A stretch of 39,368 bases of DNA from a virus, in the UHGV virus genome UHGV-0015773; one strand, 5' to 3'. The notes beneath the pieces are model-generated. The model did no database searches, had not been told where the DNA came from, and worked only from the letters and a program-made list of their open reading frames with translations. Both the position numbers and the translations under genes were made by a program. Of this stretch, positions 8,120-18,393 are shown piece by piece. Numbering within the stretch: position 1 is the first letter of the stretch; the number at the start of each line of letters is the position of its first letter.

Positions 8120-8127
<8 letters not shown>
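7588..8127 (+). CDS. 1.7: Gene 1.7 nucleotide kinase (179 aa)
   Basis: The ATG overlaps the 1.6 stop. The protein is Cys-rich ([20 protein letters not shown]...) and is homologous and collinear with T7 gp1.7. Confidence 0.85.
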
Positions 8128-8432
<305 letters not shown>

Positions 8433-8435
<3 letters not shown>

Positions 8436-8455
8436 TACGACTCACTATTGGGGAA
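8433..8455 (+). promoter_or_regulatory. T7-RNAP promoter phi2.5
   Basis: taatacgactcactattggggaa, with +1 at 8450 and a T at -1. Confidence 0.85.
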
Positions 8456-8496
8456 GACCCTGAGAAACTAAACGAAACCGAAAGGAGACTAACATT

Positions 8497-9198
8497 ATGG
8501 CTAAGAAGATTTTCACCTCTGCGCTGGGTACTGCTGAACCTTACGCTTACATCTCCAAGCCTGACTACGGCAACGAAGAGCGTGGCTTTGGGAACCCTCG
8601 TGGTGTTTATAAAGTTGACCTGACCATTCCTAACAAAGACCCGCGTTGTCAACGTATGGTCGATGAAATCGTGAAGTGTCACGAAGAGGCTTATGCTGCT
8701 GCCGTTGAGGAATATGAGGCCAACCCGCCAGCCGTAGCCCGTGGTAAGAAACCGCTGAAACCGTATGAAGGTGACATGCCGTTCTTCGATAACGGTGACG
8801 GTACGACTACCTTTAAGTTCAAATGCTACGCGTCTTTCCAAGACAAGAAGACCAAAGAGACCAAACACATCAATCTGGTAGTGGTGGACTCCAAGGGCAA
8901 GAAGATGGAAGACGTTCCGATTATCGGTGGTGGCTCTAAACTGAAAGTCAAATACTCTCTGGTTCCGTACAAGTGGAACACCGCTGTGGGTGCAAGCGTT
9001 AAGCTGCAACTGGAATCCGTAATGCTGGTCGAACTGGCTACCTTTGGTGGCGGTGAAGACGATTGGGCCGATGAAGTCGAAGAGAACGGCTATGTTGCCT
9101 CTGGTTCTGCCAAAGCGAGCAAACCACGCGACGAAGAAAGCTGGGACGAAGACTACGCTAATGAGTCCGAAGAAGCAGACGAAGACGGAGACTTCTAA
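8497..9198 (+). CDS. 2.5: Gene 2.5 single-stranded DNA-binding protein (233 aa)
   Basis: MAKKIFTSALGTAEPYAYISKPDYGNEERGFGNPRGVYKVDL... ends in the acidic tail ...EEADEDGDF, which is diagnostic of T7 gp2.5. Confidence 0.97.
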   Translation: MAKKIFTSALGTAEPYAYISKPDYGNEERGFGNPRGVYKVDLTIPNKDPRCQRMVDEIVKCHEEAYAAAVEEYEANPPAVARGKKPLKPYEGDMPFFDNGDGTTTFKFKCYASFQDKKTKETKHINLVVVDSKGKKMEDVPIIGGGSKLKVKYSLVPYKWNTAVGASVKLQLESVMLVELATFGGGEDDWADEVEENGYVASGSAKASKPRDEESWDEDYANESEEADEDGDF

Positions 9199-9654
9199 GT
9201 GGCTGGCGCATATGCTGCGCGTGGAATCCGAAAGGTCGGGACATTCCGTTCCGGCCTAGAAGATAAAGTCTCTAAGCAGCTAGAGGGTAAGGGCATCAAG
9301 TTCGACTATGAACTGTGGAAAATCCCTTACGTTGTCCCTGCGAGCAACCATGTGTATACTCCAGACTTCCTGCTGCCGAACGGAATCTTTATTGAAACCA
9401 AAGGTTTATGGGAGAGTGACGACCGAAAGAAACACTTACTGATTCGCGAACAGTTTCCCGAACTAGACATTCGTCTGGTGTTCTCAAGCTCCCGCACCAA
9501 GCTGTACAAAGGGTCTCCGACCAGTTACGGTGAGTGGTGCGAGAAGCACGGTATACTGTTTGCTGACAAATTAATTCCTGTAGAATGGCTCAAAGAACCT
9601 AAAAAGGAGGTGCCATTTGACAAGTTAAAGCAATCTAAGGGAGGAAAGAAATAA
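9199..9654 (+). CDS. 3: Gene 3 endonuclease I, a Holliday-junction resolvase (151 aa)
   Basis: A GTG start immediately follows the 2.5 stop, with GGAG upstream. MAGAYAARGIRKVGTFRSGLEDKVSKQLEGKGIKF... is collinear with T7 endo I. Confidence 0.9.
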   Translation: MAGAYAARGIRKVGTFRSGLEDKVSKQLEGKGIKFDYELWKIPYVVPASNHVYTPDFLLPNGIFIETKGLWESDDRKKHLLIREQFPELDIRLVFSSSRTKLYKGSPTSYGEWCEKHGILFADKLIPVEWLKEPKKEVPFDKLKQSKGGKK

Positions 9655-10109
9655 TGGCTCGTGTACAGTTTAAACAGCGTGAATCTACTGACGCAATCTT
9701 TGTTCACTGCTCAGCTACTAAACCTAACCAGAACGTAGGTGTCCGTGAGATTCGCCAGTGGCACAAAGAGCAAGGTTGGCTTGATGTGGGGTATCACTTT
9801 ATCATCAAGCGCGATGGTACTGTAGAGGAAGGCCGAGACGAGATGGCTGTAGGTTCTCATGTTAAGGGTCACAACCACAACTCAATCGGTGTCTGCCTTG
9901 TTGGTGGTATTGACGATAAAGGTAAGTTAGACGCTAACTTTACGCCAGCCCAAATGCAATCCCTCCGCTCACTGCTTGTCACACTTCTGGCTAAGTACAG
10001 AGGCGCTGTGCTTCGCGCGCATCACGATGTGGCACCTAAGGCTTGCCCTTCGTTCGACCTTAAGCGTTGGTGGGAGAAGAACGAACTGGTCACTTCTGAC
10101 CGTGGATAA
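9654..10109 (+). CDS. 3.5: Gene 3.5 lysozyme, an N-acetylmuramoyl-L-alanine amidase and T7 RNAP inhibitor (151 aa)
   Basis: MARVQFKQRESTDAIFVHCSATKPNQNVGVREIRQWHKEQGWLDVGYHFII... is essentially T7 lysozyme. Confidence 0.97.
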   Translation: MARVQFKQRESTDAIFVHCSATKPNQNVGVREIRQWHKEQGWLDVGYHFIIKRDGTVEEGRDEMAVGSHVKGHNHNSIGVCLVGGIDDKGKLDANFTPAQMQSLRSLLVTLLAKYRGAVLRAHHDVAPKACPSFDLKRWWEKNELVTSDRG

Positions 10110-10110
10110 T

Positions 10111-10133
10111 TAATTGAACTCACTAAAGGGAGA
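10111..10133 (+). promoter_or_regulatory. T7-RNAP promoter phi3.8
   Basis: taattgaactcactaaagggaga, with +1 G at 10128. Confidence 0.85.
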
Positions 10134-10172
10134 CCACAACGGTTTCCCTTTGTTCGCATTGGAGGTCAAATA

Positions 10173-12213
<2,041 letters not shown>

Positions 12214-12231
12214 CAGGATTCTTGACGATTT

Positions 12232-12254
12232 TAATACGACTCACTAAAGGAGAC
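12232..12254 (+). promoter_or_regulatory. T7-RNAP promoter phi4.3
   Basis: taatacgactcactaaaggagac, with +1 G at 12249. Confidence 0.85.
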
Positions 12255-12259
12255 ACACC

Positions 12260-12472
12260 ATGTTCAAGCTGATTAAGAAATTAGGCCAACTGCTGGTTCG
12301 TATGTACAACGTGGAAGCTAAGCGTCTGAACGACGAGGCCCGTAGCGAGGCAACGCAATCACGCGCTCTGGCTATCCGCTCTAACGAACTGGCTGACAGC
12401 GCATCAAATAAAGTTACCGAGGCCGCTCGCGTAGCTAACCAAGCTCAACAGCTTTCCAAATTCTTTGAGTAA
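12260..12472 (+). CDS. 4.3: Gene 4.3 (70 aa)
   Basis: MFKLIKKLGQLLVRMYNVEAKRLNDEARSEATQSRALAIR... is collinear with T7 gp4.3. Confidence 0.85.
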   Translation: MFKLIKKLGQLLVRMYNVEAKRLNDEARSEATQSRALAIRSNELADSASNKVTEAARVANQAQQLSKFFE

Positions 12473-12491
12473 TCAAACAGGAGATACAATT

Positions 12492-12755
12492 ATGTCTAAC
12501 GTAGCTGAAACTATCCGTCTATCCGATACCGCTGACCAGTGGAACCGTCGAGTCCACATCAACGTTCGCAACGGTAAGGCGACTATGGTTTACCGCTGGA
12601 AGGACTCTAAGTCCTCTAAGAATCACACTCAGCGTATGACGTTGACAGATGAGCAAGCACTGCGTCTGGTCAATGCGCTTACCAAAGCTGCCGTGACAGC
12701 AATTCATGAAGCTGGTCGCGTCGATGAAGCTATGGCTATCCTAGATAAGATTTGA
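12492..12755 (+). CDS. 4.5: Gene 4.5 (87 aa), reported in T7 to bind and inhibit Lon protease
   Basis: The internal ATG, with AGGAG upstream, gives MSNVAETIRLSDTADQWNRRVHINVRNGKATMVYRWKD..., collinear with T7 gp4.5. Confidence 0.85.
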   Translation: MSNVAETIRLSDTADQWNRRVHINVRNGKATMVYRWKDSKSSKNHTQRMTLTDEQALRLVNALTKAAVTAIHEAGRVDEAMAILDKI

Positions 12756-12764
12756 TAGCTAAGA

Positions 12765-12806
12765 GTGGTATACTCAAGGTCGCCCAAGTGGTGGCCTTCA
12801 TGAATA
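12765..12806 (+). promoter_or_regulatory. R4.7: RNase III site R4.7
   Basis: gtatactcaaggtcgcccaagtggtggccttcatgaatact carries the hairpin signature. Confidence 0.7.
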
Positions 12807-12829
12807 CTATTCGACTCACTATAGGAGAT
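12807..12829 (+). promoter_or_regulatory. T7-RNAP promoter phi4.7
   Basis: ctattcgactcactataggagat, with +1 G at 12824. Confidence 0.8.
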
Positions 12830-12835
12830 AATGTT

Positions 12836-13243
12836 ATGCGTGACCCTAAAGTTATCCAAGCAGAAATCGCTAAACTGGAAGCTGAACTGGAGGACGTTAA
12901 GTACCATGAAGCTAAGACTCGCTCCGCTGTTCACATCTTGAAGAACTTAGGCTGGACTTGGACAAGACAGACTGGCTGGAAGAAACCAGAAGTTTCCAAG
13001 CTGAGCCACAAGGTGTTCGATAAGGACACTATGACCCACATCAAGGCTGGCGACTGGGTTAAGGTTGACATGGGAGTTGTTGGTGGATATGGTTACGTCC
13101 GCTCAGTGAGTGGCAAGTATGCACAAGTGTCGTACATCACAGGTGTTACTCCACGAGGTGCAATCGTCGCTGATAAGACCAACATGATTCACACAGGTTT
13201 CTTGACAGTTGTTTCATACGAAGAGATTGTTAAGTCACGATAA
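12836..13243 (+). CDS. 4.7: Gene 4.7 (135 aa)
   Basis: The internal ATG of track ORF 12752-13243, downstream of phi4.7 and AGGAG, gives MRDPKVIQAEIAKLEAELEDVKYHEAKTRSAVHILKNLGW..., collinear with T7 gp4.7. Confidence 0.85.
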   Translation: MRDPKVIQAEIAKLEAELEDVKYHEAKTRSAVHILKNLGWTWTRQTGWKKPEVSKLSHKVFDKDTMTHIKAGDWVKVDMGVVGGYGYVRSVSGKYAQVSYITGVTPRGAIVADKTNMIHTGFLTVVSYEEIVKSR

Positions 13244-13261
13244 TCAATAGGAGAAATCAAT

Positions 13262-15376
13262 ATGATCGTTTCTGACATCGAAGCTAACGCCCTCTTAGAG
13301 AGCGTCACTAAGTTTCACTGCGGGGTTATCTACGACTACTCCACCGCTGAGTACGTAAGCTACCGCCCGAGTGACTTCGGTGCGTATCTGGATGCGCTGG
13401 AAGCCGAGGTTGCACGAGGCGGTCTTATTGTGTTCCACAACGGTCACAAGTATGACGTTCCCGCATTGACCAAACTGGCAAAGCTGCAATTGAACCGAGA
13501 GTTCCACCTTCCTCGTGAGAACTGTATTGACACACTTGTACTGTCACGCCTGATTCACTCTAACCTCAAGGACACCGATATGGGTCTTCTGCGTTCCGGT
13601 AAGTTGCCTGGGAAACGCTTTGGGTCTCACGCTCTGGAGGCGTGGGGTTATCGCTTAGGCGAAATGAAGGGCGAATACAAGGATGACTTTAAGCGTATGC
13701 TTGAAGAGCAAGGTGAAGAATACGTTGACGGAATGGAGTGGTGGAACTTCAACGAAGAGATGATGGCCTATAACGTTCAGGACGTTGTGGTCACTAAGGC
13801 TCTCCTTGAGAAGCTACTCTCTGACAAACATTACTTCCCTCCTGAGATTGACTTTACGGACGTAGGCTACACTACGTTCTGGTCAGAATCACTTGAGGCC
13901 GTTGACGTTGAACATCGCGCTGCATGGCTGCTCGCTAAGCAAGAGCGCAATGGATTCCCGTTTGACACGAAAGCAATCGAAGAGTTGTACGTAGAGTTGG
14001 CTGCTCGCCGCTCTGAGTTGCTCCGTAAATTGACCGAAACGTTTGGCTCGTGGTATCAGCCCAAAGGTGGCACCGAAATGTTCTGCCATCCGAGGACTGG
14101 TAAGCCATTGCCTAAATACCCTCGCATTAAGATACCTAAAGTTGGTGGTATCTTTAAGAAGCCTAAGAACAAGGCACAGCGAGAAGGCCGTGAGCCTTGC
14201 GAACTGGATACCCGCGAGTACATTGCAGGTGCTCCTTACACCCCAGTTGAGCACGTAGTGTTTAACCCAGCGTCTCGTGACCACATTCAGAAGAAACTCC
14301 AAGAGGCTGGGTGGGTCCCCACGAAGTACACCGATAAAGGGGCTCCTGTGGTGGACGATGAGGTACTCGAAGGAGTACGTGTAGATGACCCTGAGAAGCA
14401 AGCTGCAATCGACCTCATTAAAGAGTACCTGATGATTCAGAAGCGAATCGGACAGTCTGCTGAGGGTGATAAGGCTTGGCTTCGTTACGTTGCTGAGGAC
14501 GGTAAGATTCATGGTTCTGTTAACCCTAATGGAGCAGTTACGGGTCGTGCGACCCATGCGTTCCCCAACCTTGCGCAAATTCCGGGTGTACGTTCTCCTT
14601 ATGGAGAGCAGTGTCGCGCTGCTTTTGGCGCTGAGCACCATTTGGATGGGGTAACTGGTAAGCCTTGGGTTCAGGCTGGTATCGACGCATCCGGTCTGGA
14701 GCTACGCTGCTTGGCCCACTTCATGGCTCGTTTCGACAACGGTGAGTACGCTCACGAAATCCTGAACGGTGATATCCACACGAAGAACCAGATGGCTGCT
14801 GAGTTACCAACTCGTGATAACGCTAAGACGTTCATCTACGGGTTCCTCTACGGTGCTGGTGACGAGAAGATTGGACAGATTGTTGGTGCTGGTAAAGAGC
14901 GCGGTAAGGAACTCAAGAAGAAATTCCTTGAGAACACCCCAGCGATTGCTGCATTACGTGAGTCTATCCAACAGACACTTGTGGAGTCCTCTCAGTGGGT
15001 TGCTGGTGAGCAACTAGTCAAGTGGAAACGCCGCTGGATTAAAGGTCTGGATGGTCGTAAGGTACACGTTCGTAGCCCACATGCTGCACTGAATACCCTA
15101 CTGCAATCTGCTGGTGCTCTCATCTGCAAACTGTGGATTATCAAGACAGAAGAGATGCTCGTAGAGAAAGGCTTGAAGCATGGCTGGGATGGGGACTTTG
15201 CGTACATGGCATGGGTACATGACGAAATCCAAGTAGGTTGCCGTACCGAAGAGATTGCTCAGGTTGTCATTGAGACAGCACAAGAAGCAATGCGCTGGGT
15301 CGGAGACCACTGGAACTTCCGGTGTCTTCTGGATACAGAAGGTAAGATGGGTCCTAACTGGGCCGTATGTCACTGA
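13262..15376 (+). CDS. 5: Gene 5 DNA polymerase, a family A enzyme with a thioredoxin-binding domain (704 aa)
   Basis: [50 protein letters not shown]... shows exonuclease and polymerase motifs and is near-identical to T7 gp5. Confidence 0.99.
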   Translation: MIVSDIEANALLESVTKFHCGVIYDYSTAEYVSYRPSDFGAYLDALEAEVARGGLIVFHNGHKYDVPALTKLAKLQLNREFHLPRENCIDTLVLSRLIHSNLKDTDMGLLRSGKLPGKRFGSHALEAWGYRLGEMKGEYKDDFKRMLEEQGEEYVDGMEWWNFNEEMMAYNVQDVVVTKALLEKLLSDKHYFPPEIDFTDVGYTTFWSESLEAVDVEHRAAWLLAKQERNGFPFDTKAIEELYVELAARRSELLRKLTETFGSWYQPKGGTEMFCHPRTGKPLPKYPRIKIPKVGGIFKKPKNKAQREGREPCELDTREYIAGAPYTPVEHVVFNPASRDHIQKKLQEAGWVPTKYTDKGAPVVDDEVLEGVRVDDPEKQAAIDLIKEYLMIQKRIGQSAEGDKAWLRYVAEDGKIHGSVNPNGAVTGRATHAFPNLAQIPGVRSPYGEQCRAAFGAEHHLDGVTGKPWVQAGIDASGLELRCLAHFMARFDNGEYAHEILNGDIHTKNQMAAELPTRDNAKTFIYGFLYGAGDEKIGQIVGAGKERGKELKKKFLENTPAIAALRESIQQTLVESSQWVAGEQLVKWKRRWIKGLDGRKVHVRSPHAALNTLLQSAGALICKLWIIKTEEMLVEKGLKHGWDGDFAYMAWVHDEIQVGCRTEEIAQVVIETAQEAMRWVGDHWNFRCLLDTEGKMGPNWAVCH

Positions 15377-15395
15377 TTCTATAGGAGAAATTATT

Positions 15396-15695
15396 ATGGC
15401 TATGACAAAGAAATTTAAAGTGTCCTTCGACGTTACCGCTAAGATGACATCTGACGTTCAGGCAATCTTAGAGAAAGACATGCTGCACCTGTGCAAGCAG
15501 GTTGGCTCTGGTGCTATCGTCCCTAACGGTAAACAGAAAGAAATGATTGTCCAGTTCCTGACACACGGCATGGAAGGCTTGATGACATTCGTGGTACGTA
15601 CAGCATTCCGTGAGGCAATCAAGGACATGCACGAAGAGTACGCCGATAAGGACTCCTTCAAACTCTCTCCTGCAACAGTACGGGAGGTGTTCTGA
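15396..15695 (+). CDS. 5.5: Gene 5.5 (99 aa), the H-NS-binding protein of T7
   Basis: The internal ATG of track ORF 15255-15695 gives MAMTKKFKVSFDVTAKMTSDVQAILEKDMLHLCKQVGSG..., matching T7 gp5.5. It follows gene 5 after only 19 nt, so no 5.3 is present. Confidence 0.9.
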   Translation: MAMTKKFKVSFDVTAKMTSDVQAILEKDMLHLCKQVGSGAIVPNGKQKEMIVQFLTHGMEGLMTFVVRTAFREAIKDMHEEYADKDSFKLSPATVREVF

Positions 15696-15904
15696 TGTCT
15701 GACTACCTGAAAGTGCTGCAAGCAATCAAAAGTTGCCCTAAGACTTTCCAGTCCAACTATGTACGGAACAATGCGAGCCTCGTAGCGGAGGCCGCTTCCC
15801 GTGGTCACATATCGTGCCTGACCACTAGTGGGCGCAATGGTGGCGCTTGGGAAATTACAGCTTCCGGTACTCGCTTTCTGAAACGAATGGGAGGGTGTGT
15901 CTGA
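15695..15904 (+). CDS. 5.7: Gene 5.7 (69 aa)
   Basis: The ATG overlaps the 5.5 stop. MSDYLKVLQAIKSCPKTFQSNYVRNNASLVAEAASRGH... is collinear with T7 gp5.7. Confidence 0.85.
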   Translation: MSDYLKVLQAIKSCPKTFQSNYVRNNASLVAEAASRGHISCLTTSGRNGGAWEITASGTRFLKRMGGCV

Positions 15905-16062
15905 TGGTTCGTGACACTGTAACAATTCCTCGTGATGCGTGGAACGATATGCAGGGCTACATCGACTCTCTGGAACGTGAGAACGATAGCCTTAAGAATC
16001 AACTGATGGAAGCTGACGAGTACGTAGCTGAGCTAGAGGAGAAACTTAATGGCACTTCTTGA
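15904..16062 (+). CDS. 5.9: Gene 5.9 (52 aa), the RecBCD inhibitor of T7
   Basis: The ATG overlaps the 5.7 stop. MVRDTVTIPRDAWNDMQGYIDSLERENDSLKNQLMEADEYVAELEEKLNGTS matches T7 gp5.9. Confidence 0.85.
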   Translation: MVRDTVTIPRDAWNDMQGYIDSLERENDSLKNQLMEADEYVAELEEKLNGTS

Positions 16063-16951
16063 CCTAAAACAATTCTATGAGTTGCGCGAAGGGTGCGACG
16101 ATAAAGGTATCCTTGTGATGGACGGCGACTGGCTGGTCTTCCAAGCTATGAGTGCTGCTGAGTTTGATGCCTCATGGGAGGAAGAGATTTGGCACCGCTG
16201 CTGTGACCACGCTAAGGCGCGTCAGATTCTTGAGGATTCCATCAAGTCCTACGAGACCCGCAAGAAGGCTTGGATAGGCGCTCCGATTGTCCTTGCGTTC
16301 ACCGATAGTGTTAACTGGCGCAAAGAACTGGTGGACCCGAACTACAAGGCTAACCGTAAGGCAACTAAGAAACCTGTAGGGTACTTTGAGTTCCTTGACG
16401 CTCTCTTTGAGCGCGAAGAGTTCTATTGCATCCGTGAGCCTATGCTTGAGGGTGATGACGTTATGGGAGTTATTGCTTCCAATCCGTCTGCCTTCGGTGC
16501 GCGTAAGGCTGTAATTATCTCGTGCGATAAGGACTTTAAGACAATCCCTAACTGTGACTTCCTGTGGTGTACCACTGGTAACATCCTGACTCAGACCGAA
16601 GAGTCCGCTGACTGGTGGCATCTCTTCCAGACCATCAAGGGTGACATTACCGATGGTTACTCAGGGATTGCCGGATGGGGCGATACCGCCGAGGACTTCT
16701 TGAATAACCCGTTCATAACCGAGCCTAAAACGTCTGTGCTTAAGTCTGGTAAGAACAAAGGCCAAGAGGTTACCAAGTGGGTTAAGCGCGCCCCTGAGCC
16801 TCATGAGACGCTTTGGGACTGCATTAAGTCCATCGGCGCGAAGGCTGGTATGACCGAAGAGGATGTTATCAAGCAGGCTCAGATGGCTCGCATCCTGCGG
16901 TTCAATGAGTACAACTTTATTGACAAGGAGATTTACCTGTGGAGACCGTAG
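16049..16951 (+). CDS. 6: Gene 6, a 5'-3' exonuclease of the FEN/RNase H family (300 aa)
   Basis: MALLDLKQFYELREGCDDKGILVMDGDWLVFQAMSAAEFDASWEEEIWHRCCDH... is near-identical to T7 gp6. Confidence 0.97.
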   Translation: MALLDLKQFYELREGCDDKGILVMDGDWLVFQAMSAAEFDASWEEEIWHRCCDHAKARQILEDSIKSYETRKKAWIGAPIVLAFTDSVNWRKELVDPNYKANRKATKKPVGYFEFLDALFEREEFYCIREPMLEGDDVMGVIASNPSAFGARKAVIISCDKDFKTIPNCDFLWCTTGNILTQTEESADWWHLFQTIKGDITDGYSGIAGWGDTAEDFLNNPFITEPKTSVLKSGKNKGQEVTKWVKRAPEPHETLWDCIKSIGAKAGMTEEDVIKQAQMARILRFNEYNFIDKEIYLWRP

Positions 16952-17052
16952 CATATATTGGTATTGGTCTTTGTGTCCTAGGAATGTGCCTCATTGCGTG
17001 GGGCCTTTGGGACTTAGCCCGAATAATCAAGGCGTTACAAGACTCTAAGTGA
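16939..17052 (+). CDS. 6.3: Gene 6.3 (37 aa) small membrane protein
   Basis: A GTG start overlaps the end of gene 6. (M)ETVAYIGIGLCVLGMCLIAWGLWDLARIIKALQDSK has the length and position of T7 gp6.3. Located by hand. Confidence 0.6.
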   Translation: METVAYIGIGLCVLGMCLIAWGLWDLARIIKALQDSK

Positions 17053-17072
17053 TAAACTCAAGGTCCCTAAAT

Positions 17073-17095
17073 TAATACGACTCACTATAGGGAGA
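17073..17095 (+). promoter_or_regulatory. T7-RNAP promoter phi6.5, embedded in RNase III site R6.5
   Basis: taatacgactcactatagggaga, with +1 G at 17090. It is flanked by gataaactcaaggtccc...ggggcctttatgattattac (about 17052-17118). Confidence 0.9.
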
Positions 17096-17149
17096 TAGGG
17101 GCCTTTATGATTATTACTTTAAGATTTAACTCTAAGAGGAATCTTTATC

Positions 17150-17404
17150 ATGTTAACACCTATTAACCAATTACTTAAGAACCCTAACGATATTCCAGAC
17201 GTGCCTCGTGCAACCGCTGAGTATCTACAGGTTCGATTCAACTACGCGTACCTCGAAGCGTCTGGTCATATAGGACTTATGCGTGCTAATGGTTGTAGTG
17301 AGGCCCACATCTTGGGTTTCATTCAAGGCCTACAGTATGCCTCTAACGTCATTGATGAGATTGAGTTGCGCAAGGAACAACTAAGAGATGATGGGGAGGA
17401 TTGA
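17150..17404 (+). CDS. 6.5: Gene 6.5 (84 aa)
   Basis: [42 protein letters not shown]... is collinear with T7 gp6.5. Confidence 0.85.
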
Positions 17405-17408
17405 CACT

Positions 17409-17675
17409 ATGTGTTTCTCACCGAAAATTAAAACTCCAAAGATGGATACCAATCAGATTCGAGCCATCGAGCCAGCGCCTCTGACCCAAGAAGTGTCAAG
17501 CGTAGAGTTCGGCGGGTCTTCTGATGAGACGGATACCGAAGGCACCGAAGTGTCTGGACGCAAAGACCTCAAGGTCGAACGCGACGATTCCGTAGCGAAG
17601 TACAAAGCCAGTGACAATGGCTCCGCTCGTATGAAATCTTCAATCCGTAAGTCCGCATTCGGAGGCAAGAAGTGA
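17409..17675 (+). CDS. 6.7: Gene 6.7 (88 aa), a small virion protein
   Basis: The internal ATG, with GGAGG upstream, gives MCFSPKIKTPKMDTNQIRAIEPAPLTQEVSSVEFGG..., collinear with T7 gp6.7. Confidence 0.85.
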   Translation: MCFSPKIKTPKMDTNQIRAIEPAPLTQEVSSVEFGGSSDETDTEGTEVSGRKDLKVERDDSVAKYKASDNGSARMKSSIRKSAFGGKK

Positions 17676-18076
17676 TGTCTGAGTTCACATGTGTGGAGGC
17701 CAAGAATCGCTTCCGTGCAATCCGGTGGACTGTGGAACACCTTGGGTTGCCTAAAGGATTCGAAGGACACTTTGTTGGTTACAGCCTCTACGTAGACGAA
17801 GTAATGGACATGTCTGGTTGTCGTGAAGAGTACGTTCTGGACTCTACCGGAAAACATGTAGCGTACTTCGCGTGGTGCGTAAGCTGTGACATTCACCACA
17901 AAGGGGACATTCTGGACGTTACGTCCGTTGTCATTAATCCTGAGGCAGACTCTAAGGGCTTACAGCGATTCCTAGCGAAACGCTTTAAGTACTTTGCTGA
18001 ACTCCACGATTGCGATTGGGTGTCTCGTTGTAAGCATGAGGGCGAGACAATGCGTGTATACTTTAAGGAGGTATAA
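17675..18076 (+). CDS. 7: Gene 7 (133 aa), a virion protein that T7 needs for infectivity
   Basis: The ATG overlaps the 6.7 stop. MSEFTCVEAKNRFRAIRWTVEHLGLPKGFEGHFVGYSLY... is collinear with T7 gp7. Confidence 0.9.
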   Translation: MSEFTCVEAKNRFRAIRWTVEHLGLPKGFEGHFVGYSLYVDEVMDMSGCREEYVLDSTGKHVAYFAWCVSCDIHHKGDILDVTSVVINPEADSKGLQRFLAKRFKYFAELHDCDWVSRCKHEGETMRVYFKEV

Positions 18077-18079
18077 GTT

Positions 18080-18379
18080 ATGGGTAAGAAAATCAAGAAG
18101 GCCGTTAAGAAAGTCACTAAGGCCGCTAAGAAAGTCGTTAAGGAAGTGACCCGCCCAGTTAAACAGGTTGCAGGTGGTCTGGCTGGCGGTTCTGGTGAAG
18201 CACAGGTAGTGGAAGTACCACAAGCCGCCACTCCTGCTGCACAGATTGTTGACGTACCTGAGAAAGATGTTTCCACTGAGGACGAAGCACAGACCGAAAG
18301 CGGACGTAAGAAAGCTCGTGCTGGCGGTAAGAAGTCCCTGAGTGTAGCCCGTAGCTCCGGTGGCGGCATCAACATTTAA
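18080..18379 (+). CDS. 7.3: Gene 7.3 (99 aa), a tail/adsorption protein
   Basis: The Lys/Ala-rich MGKKIKKAVKKVTKAAKKVVKEVTRPVKQVAGG... is collinear with T7 gp7.3. Confidence 0.9.
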   Translation: MGKKIKKAVKKVTKAAKKVVKEVTRPVKQVAGGLAGGSGEAQVVEVPQAATPAAQIVDVPEKDVSTEDEAQTESGRKKARAGGKKSLSVARSSGGGINI

Positions 18380-18393
18380 ACAGGAGGTGACAC

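Noticed and set aside
9044-9259. 71-aa + strand ORF spanning the 2.5/3 junction in another frame.
   Set aside because: It overlaps the conserved C-terminus of gp2.5 and the N-terminus of gp3. There is no RBS and no T7 counterpart.
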